Source of the DNA: Chiloscyllium plagiosum
Taxonomy: Eukaryota
Length of the DNA stretch: 64,000 bases
Direction of reading: 5' to 3'
NCBI RefSeq assembly: GCF_004010195.1
Contig: NC_057718.1
Location: 39,291,143-39,355,142 of the forward strand
This document shows, piece by piece, positions 52,683-64,000 of this stretch. Numbering within the stretch: position 1 is the stretch's first letter; the number at the start of each line of letters is the position of its first letter. Below the pieces are notes generated by a model. That model did no database searches, was not told where the DNA came from, and worked only from the letters and a program-made list of their open reading frames with translations. Position numbers and translations under genes: made by a program.

Positions 52683-52785
52683 CAATGAAGGGCTTATGCC
52701 TTCTCCTGCTCCTCGGATGCTGTGCATTCCCACCACAACACCCTTCACCTCTGATCTCCAGCATCTGCAGTCCTCACTTTCTCCT
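52683..52785 (+). mobile_element. Penelope-derived fragment inserted in LINE ORF1
   Basis: tgaagggcttatgcc..ctcctgctcctcggatgctg...ccagcatctgcagtcctcacttt matches the 43008-43238 element; aatg occurs on both sides. Confidence 0.75.
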
Positions 52786-53856
52786 AATGTAGCACAGACA
52801 GCCACGTTTGTGGTATTGAGACTGGCTCTAATGTAATGAGAGGTACATCAAGTTCTAAGCGATCAATTGTTTTAGGGGACTGTCTAATCAGAGGCACAGA
52901 CAAACGTTTCTGCAGCAAGCAGTGAAAAATCAGACTGATGTGTTGCCTCCCTGGTGCCAAGATCAGGGATGTATCAGAGATGGTGCAGAATGTTCTCAAG
53001 GGGGAGAGGACCCAGCAGGAGGTCAATGTACACACTGGAAATGACGACATAGGAAGGGAAAAGGATGAGATTCTGAAGGGTGAATATGGAAAGTTAGGCT
53101 AGAATTTAAAAAGAGGCCCTCGAGGGTAGTAATATCTGCATTACTCCCGGTGCCACGAGATACTGAGGATAGAAATAGAAGGATAGAGCAGATAAATGCA
53201 TGGAGGAGGAGCTAGTACAGAGGAGAAGAATTCACATTTTTGGAACATTGGTATCTCTTCTGGGGTAGAAGTGACCTGTACAAGAAGGATGGATTACACC
53301 TGAATTGATGGGGGACTAATATACTGGCAGGGAGGTTCACTAAAGTTGCTCAGGGCGGTGGGGAGGACCCAGGGAATTTGTGAGGAAAGAAATCAATCTG
53401 AGACAGGTACAGTTGGGAAAAGGAATGAGTCAAACAGTCAGGGCAGGCAGGAACAAAGCAGAGAACAAGGTAGGACTGATGCATTGAAATGAATGCAGTT
53501 TAATTTAAGAGGCCTAACAGGGAAGACAGATGAACTCAGGGCATGGTTAGGAACATGGGACTGGGATATCATAGCAATTACAGAAATATGGCTCAGGCAT
53601 GGACAGGACTGGCAACTTAATGTTCCAGGATACAAATGCTTTGTGAAGGATAGAAAGTGAGGCAAGAGAGGAGGGGGTGTGGCACTTTAGATAAGGGATA
53701 GCATTACTGCTGTACTTAGGAAGGATATTCCTGGGAATACATCCAGGGAAGTTATTTGGGTGGAACTGAGAAATAAGAAAAGGATGATCCCCTGATTGGG
53801 ATTGTATTATAGATCCCATAATAGTCAGCAGGAAATCGAGAAACAAATTTGTAAGG

Positions 53857-55085
53857 CCTCACTAACCTTATTGAGTTCTTCGAGAAGGTGACGAAACAGG
53901 TGCATGAGGGTAAGGTGGTTGATGTGGTATACATGGACTTCAATAAGGCATTTGATAAGGTTCCACATAGTAGACTATTGCACAAAATAAGGGTTTTCAG
54001 GATTGAAGGTGATTTAGTGTTTTGGATCAGAAATTGGCAAGCTAAAAGAAGACAGAGGGTGATGGTTGATGGGAAATGTTCATCCTGGAGTTCCGTTACC
54101 AGTGGTATGCCGCAAGGATCCGTTTTGGAGCCATGGCTGTTTGTCATTTTTATAAATGATCAGGAGGTGGGCATAGAAGGATGGGTTAATAAATTTGCAG
54201 ATGACACTAAGTAGGCAGAGTTGGGGATAGTGCCGAAGGATGTTGTTGGTTACAGAGGGACATAGATAAGGTGGAGAGTTGGACTGAAGTGGCAAATGGA
54301 GTTTAATGCGGAAAAGTGTGAGGTCATTGACTTCGGAAGAAGTAACAGGAATGCAGAGTACTGAGCTAATGGTAAAATTCTCGGCAGTGTAGATGAACAG
54401 AGATCTCGGTGTCCTGGTGCCCAAATCCCTGAAAGTTGCCACTCAGGTTATTAGGGGTGTTAAGAAGGCATATAGTGTGTTGACGTTTATTGGTAGGGGG
54501 ATTGAGTTTTGGAGCCACGAGGTCATGCTTCAGCTGTACAAGATACTGGTAAGGCTGCACCTGGAATATCGCGTGCAGTTCTGGTCACCGCATTATGGGA
54601 AGGATGTGGAAGCATTAGAAAGGGTTTAGAAGAGATTTACTAGGATGTTGCCTGGTATGTAAGGAAGGTCTTACACAAGGCTGAGGGAACTGAGGCTGTT
54701 TTCATTGGAGAGATGATGGTTGAGAGGTGACTTAATCAAGATGTATAAGATAATCAGAGGGTTAGATAGGGTGGACAGTGGGAGCCTTTTTCCTCGGATG
54801 GTGATGGCTAACACAAGGGGGTATAGCTTTAAATTCAGGGGTGGTAGTTTTAGGACAGTTATCCGGGGTAGTTTCATTACTCAGAGTAGTAGGGGCATGG
54901 AACAGCCTGCCTACAAGAGTAGTAGACTCGACAACATTAGGGCATTTAAATGGGTATTGTACATACATATGAATAATAATGAAACGGTGTAGGTTAGATG
55001 GGCTTCAGATTAATTTCACAGGTCGGCGCAACATCAAAGGGCTGGAGGTCCTGTACTGTGCTGTAACATTCTATGTTCTATGTTC
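53857..55085 (+). mobile_element. 5'-truncated CR1 (second subfamily) nested in the endonuclease domain of the full-length LINE
   Basis: Begins abruptly at LTNLIEFFEKVT and ends in (ttctatg)n; the host endonuclease sequence stops at EKQICK and resumes at VICKNNKAVMVGDFN. Confidence 0.92.
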
Positions 55086-57689
55086 GGTTTCAGTTATCTG
55101 TAAGAATAATAAGGCGGTTATGGTAGGGGATTTTAACTTTCCAAACATAGACTGGGACTGCCATAGTGCTTAGGGTTTAAATGGAGAAGAAAGTGTTAAG
55201 TGTGTACAAGAACATTTTCTGATTCACTATGTGGATGTACCTACGAGAGAAGGTGCAAAACTTGACCTACTCTTGGAAAATAAGGCAGGGCAGATGACTG
55301 AGGTATCAGTGGGGGAGCATTTTGGGGCAAGCGACCATAATTCTATTATTTTTAAAATAGTAATTGGAAGACCAATACTTGTTATTTAACCATTTATTAT
55401 TTTACATCTCTACTGAGGATAGACCAGATCTAAAAGTTGAAGTTCTAACGTGGAGGAAGGTTAATTTTGACGGTATTAGGCAAGAACTTTCAAAAGCTGA
55501 TTGGGTGCAGATGTTCACAGGTAAAGGGACAGCTGGAAAATGGGAAGCCTTCAGAAATGAGATAATGAGGGTCCAGAGAAAGTATATTCCTGTTCGGGTG
55601 AAAGGAAAGGCTGGTGGGTAGAGAGAATGCTAGATGGCTACAGAAATTGAGGTTTTGGTTAAGAAAAAGAAGGAAGCATATGTCAGGTATAGACAGGAGA
55701 GATTGAGTGAATCGTGAGAAGAATATAAAAGCAGTAAGGAGTATACTTAAAAGGGAAATCAGGAGGGCAAAAAACGGACATGAGATTGCTTTTGCAAATA
55801 GGGTTAAGGAGAATCCAAAGGATTTTTATAAATACATTAAAGACAAATGGGTAACTAGGGAGAGAATAGAGCCCCTCAAAGGTCAGCAAGTCAGCCTCTG
55901 TATGGAGCCGCAGGAGATGTGGAGATACTGAAAGAATATTTTGCATCAGTGTTAACTGTGGAGAAGGACATGTAAGATATAGAATGTAGAGAAATAGATG
56001 GTAATATTTTGAAAAACGTCTATATTACAGCAGAGGAAGTGCTGGATGTCTTGAAACGCATAAAAGGTAGATAAATTTGCAGGACCTGATCAGGTGTACC
56101 CTAGAATTCTGTGGAAAGCTAGGGAAGTGATTACTGGGCCCCTTGCTGAGATATTTGTATCATCGATAGTCACAGGTGAGGTGCCGGAAGACTGGAGGTT
56201 GGCTAACGTGGTACCACTGTTTAAGAAGGGTGGTAAGGGCAAGCCTATAGACCAGTGAGCCTGACGTCAATGGTGGGCAAGTTGTTGGAGGGAATCCTGA
56301 GGGACAGAATTTATATGTATTCGGAAAGGCAAGGACTGATTAGGGATAGTCACCATGGCTTTGTGCAGAGGAAATCATGTCTCACAAACTTGATTGAGTT
56401 TTTTGAAGAAGTAACAAAAAGGATTAATGAGTGCAGTGCAGTAGATGTGAACTATATGGACTTCAGTAAGGCATCTGACAAGGTTCCTCATGGGAGATTG
56501 GTTAGCAAGGTTATACCTCATGGAATTGAAGGAGAACTAGCCATTTGGATACAGAACTGGCTTAAAGGTAGACGATGGAGGGTGGTGGTGGAGGGTTGCT
56601 TTTCAGACTGGAGGTCTGTGACCAGTGGTATGCCACAAGGATCAGTGCTGGGTCCACCACTTTTCATCATTTATATAAATGATTTGGATGTGAACATAGG
56701 GGGTATTGTTAGTAAGTTTGCAGATGACACCAAAATTGGAGGTGTAGTGGACAGCAAAAAAGGTTACGTCAGAGTACAATGGGATCTTGATCATATGGGC
56801 CAATGGGCCGAAGAGTGGCAGATGGAGTTTAATTCAGATAAATGCGATGTGCTGCATTTTGGAAAGGCAAATCAGGGCAGGACTTATACACTTAATGGTA
56901 AGGTCCTTGGGAGTGTTGCTGAACAAAGAGATCTTGGAGTGCAGGTTCATAGTTCCTTGAAAGTAGAGTTGTGAGTTAGATAGGATAGTGAAGAAGGCGA
57001 TGGGTATGCTTGCCTTTGTTGGTCAGTGCATTGAGTACAGGAGTTGGGAGGTCATGGTATGGCTGTACAGGACATTGGTTAGGTCACTGTTGGAATATTG
57101 CTTGCAATTCGGGTCTCCTTCCTATTGGAAGGATGCTGTGAAACTTGAAAGGGTTCAGAAAAAATGTTCAAGGATGTTTCCAGGTTTAGAGGATCTGAAC
57201 TATAGGGAGAGGCTGAATAGGTGGGGGCTGTTTTCCCTGGAGTGTCGGAGGCTAAGGGGTGACCTTATAGAGGTTTATAAAATCATGAGGGGCATAGATA
57301 GGATAAATAGACAAGGTATTTTCTCTGGGGATGGAGCAGTCTAGAACTAGAAGGCACAGGTTTAGGGTGAGAGGAGAAAGATATAAAAGAGACTTAAGGG
57401 GCAACTTTTTCACGCAGAGGGTGGTATGTACATGGAATGAGCTGCCAGAAGACATGGTGGAGGCTGGTACAATTACAGCATTTAAAAGGCATTTGGATGG
57501 GTATATAACTAGGAAGGATTTAGAGGGATATGGGCCAAGTTTTAGTAAATGAGACTAAATTAGTTAGGATTTCTGGTTGGCATGGACAAATTGGACCCGA
57601 GGACCTGTTTCCGTGCTGTATATTTCTATGACTCTAGATGAAAGACTTTCTATCAAACAAATCTCTCAGTCAACCAACTATATCAGTTC

Positions 57690-59010
57690 AATTAATCCTT
57701 AATTTTCCGTGCTCAAATGTTAAGTTAGCCAACTTAAATCTGCATCGCACCCTCTCCGAGACCAGTTTATTTGAGATGCAGAGCCCTGAAATAAATGCAG
57801 CACTCCAGATGTAGTCAACCAAATATGAATCCATAGCATAACTTCCTTCCCTTTAAATTCCCTTCACAAAAAGTCTAAAATTCCATGAGCTTTTGGGTTT
57901 TTTTGTACTTGCGTAGTGTCATTTAGAGCCTTCTGTGTACCTAATTCACACTGCTCCTGAATTGTCTTAGGTCCATAAAGAATAATATTGCATTTTTCTG
58001 GATTAAACATTACCAGCTATAATTTTATCCATTTGCTTAATCTATCACTGTCCATTTACAACTGCTATTCTCTCCACCACCCCTCCTTCTCATTTCCTCT
58101 CTCCTTCCCACAACTTCCCCTTTAGCCCTCCCTTTCTCCTTTACCCTCACTCTGCTTCTCTTATCCCTATCGCTCCCTTCACTCCTGTTCCCATACTCCT
58201 TTCCCTCTCTCCTTTCTCATCTGCATTCTTTCACTCCCTTCTCCCTCCTCCTCTAATTTGTCATTAAAACAAACAGACTAAACAGGAACAGAGGAACATG
58301 GTCAATAAGATCATGGCTGACCTGATTAGGTTCCAAACTGCACACATATTCGATATGTGGTCTCACCACTTCAGAACTGAGGCATAACGTCTCTTGTTTT
58401 ATTTTCAATTCCTTTCATAAAAAGCACAATAACCCATTAGCCTTCTTGAATATATGCTGTACCTGCATACTAATGTTTGGTAAATCATGCAGCTGGTATT
58501 CCGTAGTTGTTCTCTATTTAAATTACAATCTACTCTTTGATTCTTCTTGCCAAAGTGAACAATTTCACATTTTCCTATCTTAAGCTCCACCTGCCATATT
58601 TTTGCCCATTCTCTCAATTTTATTCTGCAAATTCCCTCCATCTTCTTCACAACATCCTTCTCTCATCCAAGTCATTCTTGCAAATTGTAGTCAGTGAGTC
58701 CCAGCAGAGAACTTTGTGGACTTCACTAACAAATCCTGCCAGTCAGACAAAGACCCATTTTTGCATACTCTGTTTTCTGCAAGTAAGCCAAACTACTAAA
58801 CATTCTAATATGTTACACCAGACACCATTGGCTTTTATTTTCCACAATAAACTTTGACTGGCATGTTGTTATATGCCTTCTGGATCTCCAAGTACACTGC
58901 AGCTACAGATTCCTTTTATCACAGCACATATTACTACTTCAAAGAAATATAATGAATTGGTGAAATGTGACTCCCCTTCCAAAATATCAGGCTGACTCTT
59001 CTCGGTAACC
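57690..59010 (-). mobile_element. Decayed CR1 RT fragment
   Basis: LREWAKIWQVELKIGKCEIVHFGKKN and GESHFTNSLYFFEVV (ORFs 58405-58650, 58869-59063). Confidence 0.75.
58068..58255 (+). repeat. Low-complexity C/T-rich tract
   Basis: About 190 bp, mostly C and T on the plus strand. Confidence 0.85.
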
Positions 59011-59639
59011 TTGTGTTTTACTTCTCCTTCATGGGACGTAGGCACTGTCAGTAAGGTCAACATGTGTTGCCTACCCTAGCTTGTGGGGCCATTTCAGATG
59101 GTATTTTAGGCACAATCACTGTGTTAATGTGTATTTGCAGTCACATGAAGACCAGACCAGGTAAAGACAATTATATTCTTTTTTCCTTAAATTTGATGCT
59201 TTCCCCAACTTCTTTACTTAACCACAAATGGTTAATCCTTCTTTTAGAATTTTTAAAAATGTATATTTAAGGACCTCAATTGACCCAAGGGCAGGCAAGC
59301 TGATGGTAAAATACTCATGGAGACAGGTAGGTAATGGGCATGGTGCTGCAGCCACAGCAGTTTATTTTACATCTTAATATCCACTGTGGAGAAGCCATAA
59401 AATTCCATTGTATTCAACTTTATCCTTGCCCAAAGTCCACTTACAACAGGGGTCTGTGAATACCAGGAACACAATCCCAAAATGGCTTTAGCTCAGGGCA
59501 CCAATATAATAACCATAACAAATATTTCAGGAATTTTTGTGTTTGAGCTATCCAAAACTTTGTTGTCACTGTGCTATAAGTCACAGTTAAGTTCCATTAA
59601 ATCTTTATATTTGTGCTCAGAGATGTACACTGACTCCCG

Positions 59640-60000
59640 GTTAAACAACACATCATTTTTAAAATTCTAGTCATTATGTTCAAACCCCTCATGTGATCAT
59701 CTCTCCCAAACATTGTTATCTCCTGCAGCCCCATAATCCTCCAAGGCATCTATGCTCCACCAATTCTAGCATCTTGAACATTTACATTTTTACTGACTTC
59801 AATATTTGTGGCCATGCCTTTAGCACCCATTATCTTTAGAATTCTCTTTCTAAAGCTCTGCACCCCTCTCTCTCTTTTGTATGCTTTAAAACACTCCTGA
59901 AACCTTAATACTTTGACCAAGCATTTGGGCATTCCCCCAATAATTCTTGGTGTGACTTGGTGTCAATTTTTCTTTTATCATGCTCCTTTGACAAGTTGTT
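59640..60000 (+). mobile_element. L2-like LINE 3' remnant
   Basis: gccatgcctttagc...tttaaaacactcctgaaacct..ctttgaccaagcattt resembles the L2 C-terminal FK..LKT.LF..AF region. Confidence 0.5.
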
Positions 60001-60024
60001 AGAATTTAGCTTAGTTTTTCTTTG

Positions 60025-61150
60025 GAAAAGCAAAATGCAACAGTTGCTGGAAAGCTGAAGTAGGAAGAATAAAAACTGGACAAAACCTGGGAGATAAGGC
60101 CACATCATCGGGTCAATGACCTTTCTCAGAACTGAAGAATAGAAATTGAAGAGATTTAATGTTCATAGTGGGATGGGGAATGAAGAACAAAGGAAAAGCT
60201 ATGTGATGGGGTGGAGTCCGGGGTAGATTAAATCTCAAAAGATTTCATAATGGATGAGACAAACAGAAAGTTAATGGCTATAGTTAGGAAATAATAGTTA
60301 TGGCCAAATAAAGTGTAAATTTGAATGCAATATGATGGGATAAAAAAAAGACAAAGGCCAACCCAACAAAATAAAACAAGGGGAAGAAAACAGCACATCA
60401 AACAAGATGAAGACAGAGGATATGAACTAAAGTTGCTGAATTTGGTGTTCAGCCCAGGACGCTACAGGGTGACAATTCAAAACATGAGGTGTTGTTCCTC
60501 AAGCTTGCATCGAGTTTGAGTGGAACACAGTCACAGGCCAAGACAGAAAGAGTAACATGGGAGCATGAGGAGAATTCTAATGGCACAACCAGAAGCTCGG
60601 GATTATGCTTGTGGACTGAATGAAGGTCTTCTGCAAAACAGTCACAGAGTCTGCAGTTCTTCTCTCCATTGTGAAGAAGACCACATTGTGAGGAGCAAAT
60701 AGAATCACAGAGTCATAGTCATAGGGATTTATAGCACAGAAAAAAGGCCCTTCACCCCATCAGTCTGTGCTGGTCAAAAACAAGCAATGAACCATTCTAA
60801 TCCCACTTTGCAGCACTTCGCCCATAGCCTTGCATGCCTTTGGCACCATAATTGCACATCTAAATTCCTCTTAAATGTTAGGAATGTTTCTACATCCAAG
60901 TCTATTTATTTGGAGGAAGTACATGGTGGATTTGTAAAGAAAATTTTTGTCAGAGTAAAGACAACCTCAGCCAGGCATAGGATGGTGTTGGTGGATGGGG
61001 ATTGGTTGGGCCTTTGTTTGAGGAAATAACAGAGTTCTGAAACTGTCCTGGTGGGGAATGGAGGTGTGGAGAGAGTGGATGTCTACAGCAAAGAAGAAGC
61101 AGTTAGTTACTGTTGAAATGCTATAGGACATCAGAAGAGTTGTGGACATA
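60025..61150 (-). mobile_element. Decayed Penelope-like element (RT and GIY-YIG remnants), interrupted by a CR1 tail at about 60700-60900
   Basis: RT remnant FFAVDIHSLHTSIPHQD (ORF 60967-61149); endonuclease C-terminus RCKLEEQHLMF..TL..PGLNTKFSNF near 60430-60512; terminal repeat at 60025-60130. Confidence 0.8.
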
Positions 61151-62209
61151 CATCCGAAGAGACTGCTTACAGGTTATTTCTTAGTCTGTATGTCCGAATT
61201 AGATAATGTCTCAGAGGAGCAACATTATCTTTCAATATAATAAACAACGCAAAAAGAACACTGCATGTGGTTGAACTCTCCAGAATTATAGAAAGCAACT
61301 TAAGAATTAGAAGGTATGATGAAGCCAGTTGTCACCCTTTCATCAATGCTGCAAAAGCTGGGTTGTTGTTATTGTTGTTACATCGAATGTACTGTATGAT
61401 AATCTGAAACCTAAAATGAACCTTAGCTTTAACAGCAAAGGATTATGTCATGGAGTAATCTATTTCTAAACCTTGCAAAGGTGCATTATGTCATGACTAA
61501 CTTAATAAAATAGTCACAAATTAAATTAATGTATTAATCAGAAAATACAGCATATTGTATTACCCCCTCCAGCTTCTATAACAAAAAAAACCATTTCAGG
61601 CTGATGGACTTTGATTTTCATTATATGGCCTGATTTCTGCTAAATGGGTGCACAGCTAAAAAATGAACAGGTTATTTGCACAGTCAGATCCAAACCATAT
61701 CCAGTAGTTTCTCAAGCAAGCTAAAACAGATGGGCATCACCTAAACTTAGTATATCAGTTTGCATTTCCAGACATTAGCCAGTGCCTAAGCAGCAAAACA
61801 GCCAGGGTCACAATAGTTCCACATCAGGATGGAAAAAGCACTATTAGGTTTAACACTAAACTTTCCCATAAGGAAGGTTGTGATCTCTCCTGCTCCCAGA
61901 TTCCAATCCATCCCTTCTCAAAATCCCTCCTGCCATTTACTTAGAAATCAGACAGCTGCCATGAGTATTTTGAATTCGCAAATTAGGGAGTTAAAATCAA
62001 CAATTTTGTTCAACAATTTCAATCTCTAGATACTATAATTTTAACACGCAAAACCAGTGCTTCAACAGTTACGCATTTCTGCCCAGTACTTTAAATTCAA
62101 TTGGTGGAATTTCCAGGCCCTCCCAGAGCTTTTATAAGGGCAAGCTGGGGAAATTAATTGGGTTGGAGGCAAAAATCACATTTCTCACCGGCAGGTTTAA
62201 GTTTTGCTA

Positions 62210-62340
62210 TTATTGCTGAAATACATTAAATTTTGTCAAAGCTTTTCAACTTGCACTCATCAGGGCAATCCACAAGAATACCAGGTCAGGAGGACACTGT
62301 TTGAGAGGTAGACTATTGATTGGTTGGCAAGTGGACAACT
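62210..62340 (-). mobile_element. Penelope-type terminal repeat with hammerhead-like motif
   Basis: Homologous to 38378-38520; minus strand CUGAUGA-GUGCAAGUU-GAAA-AGCU at about 62263-62240. Confidence 0.6.
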
Positions 62341-64000
62341 TGAGCTACCCATGGCCACTGGGTTCACCAGCTACCACTGCCAAGTCTGCCTTTGTCAGTC
62401 AGAATGGCCTCTGATTGTTAATCACAGTGAAGCGTGTTCTTGTCTTCTGGAAAAGCTTCAGATGAGCCTCTCAGGAAGCACTAAAGCATGACACTGTTCT
62501 TTGCCAGGTCTCTAATATCTCCCAGGGGTGATGCAGGTGACGAGCAGAGGCTGAGTGATGCTCCTAGGTTTCAGAAAATGGACATTTGGATAATGGGACA
62601 CAGAAGGTCCCAGTGCTCTTCATAATTTCTTGCCCATAAAATTTGGTGTTTTACCCATGCATGTGTTTACAGCTGAGAAAAACATAATTGCACAAAAAAG
62701 CCTGACCAAATCCCTGAATAGAAGACCCTCCCACGTTCATGAACACCTCAATCAAGCAGGCTGTTTTCTCTTGATGGTGGTTCTTGAGTGTGGAGCTACA
62801 ATCATCCACACAAATTGAGTTATTCCATTAAACTCCCGTCACATGCCTTTTAGATGTTACAACAGGATGGGGAGGTTGTAATAGGTGAGTTACCCTTGCA
62901 AAATTCCTCTGACCTGCTCTTGCATCCACAATATTCTATGATACATTATTCTATGATTCTAATGTAGCTTGTGCTCAAATGTTTGCAAAATCCTTTCAAC
63001 CCATCTAACATGTTATACTCTTTGAATTTATTGTGCTAGTTCTTATGGTCAGTATGCCATACCATGCCTGTATGATCAGAGCATGTAGGCATCTCATAAT
63101 CCATTTTACCTCAAACCATTTGAAGCATGACACTCTACTGGAAGCATGCTCCCCCACTGTAATATAATAGCTGAATATTAGCCCAGACACTTATGTATCC
63201 AATGAATGTAATGTTTGCACACAATAGTTAGTTGCAGTAAATGTCTATTGGATTCTTCAGTACCATGATATCCAGAATTAGTTCCTTATGTTAATGAAAC
63301 AACATTGTCACATCAGTTAACAACTCCTGTTGGAGGGAAACATAGTAGCAGCATTGAAAGTCTATCAGAGACTCCAATAGCTTGGTCACAAATATTTGGA
63401 AAGTTGAAAATCAACTAAACAACAGCTATGGACAACAGAATATTCAAACAATTGGGTGCATTCTCACTCTTAAGCAACTTAGTTTCTGTGAACAGACAGC
63501 TGTACATAACTGTAAATAAGGTATTAACCTAAGTTAAATGGTTTGATCTGAGTGCAAGTCTTTCAAGAGAAAATTAATTTCTAAGGTTAACTTAATTAAA
63601 TAATAAATAAAGTTAAAAAGGTGAAGTGCACACAAAAAGGCGAAGCGAGGACAGGAAGCAAGTCTAGGGTAGTGCAGAAAGCTGGAAGATTATAATGGTC
63701 TGTTCCTGCTTTTGATATTTAAGAAATATCTTTCATCAGTACAGCTAAGTGTTTTGTTACGAAGGAATGAACAGTTTTAATTTACACTGACTCAAAGTCA
63801 ATACCCACAGTTCTACAACTTTTGTATGCCATCTATGACACATGATCAAGAAATTACAGACCTGAACTTTTACTTTATAAATAGTTAATTAATAATTAGA
63901 AGTGATAAGTCAATGAAGATATTTTCTTCCCAAAGGAGGGACTGTTGGAAATTGGGATCCCTCTAAAACTGAATTTTTCTAGTATTTACCATGTATCATG

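Larger units (their letters stand above)
51740..57637 (+). mobile_element. Near full-length HER1/CR1 LINE (5'UTR, ORF1 Zn-finger plus esterase, ORF2 APE-RT), inactivated, with nested insertions
   Basis: ORF1 from ATG 52337: VICSS*QMWE..YICRKC, IVLGDCLIRGTD, CCLPGAKIRDV, DGLHLN. ORF2 from about 53485: DIIAITEIWL, VMVGDFNFPNIDW, LDLLL, GASDHN; RT 56255-56974 with KFADDTK; tail tttctatgactcta. Many stops. Confidence 0.95.

Noticed and set aside
56255..57344. 239 aa and 118 aa RT ORFs as an active retroelement or RT-based system
   Set aside because: They are fragments of a LINE ORF2 broken by stops, frameshifts and a nested insertion.
58068..58255. Polypyrimidine tract as a splice signal
   Set aside because: It is purine-rich on the transcribed (minus) strand, far from any exon and inside a decayed LINE.

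Overview
Eukaryotic DNA, almost certainly shark: it is dominated by HE1-type V-SINEs and HER1/CR1 LINEs. The window lies inside one large minus-strand gene for an ether-a-go-go potassium channel (Kv10; KCNH5 favoured over KCNH1). Only two coding exons are visible: 50262-50461 (end of S6 plus C-linker) and 37653-37905 (C-linker/CNBHD), both with canonical AG/GT sites and compatible phases. The rest is intronic and largely transposon-derived: CR1/HER1 LINEs (one near full length with nested insertions), HE1, Deu-type and short tRNA-derived SINEs, two decayed Gypsy LTR elements, Harbinger relics, a MITE and several Penelope-like (PLE) families. The most interesting signal is a set of minimal hammerhead-ribozyme motifs (CUGANGA-helix II-GAAA-palindromic helix III) carried by about five PLE-derived families. 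Several sit in tiny (115-230 bp) insertions with 12-14 bp target-site duplications, and two intact motifs are in the sense of the channel pre-mRNA. The second signal is a cluster of local templated duplications and inversions. All calls were made by eye; repeat family names come from recalled consensus motifs, not database searches, and repeat boundaries are approximate.
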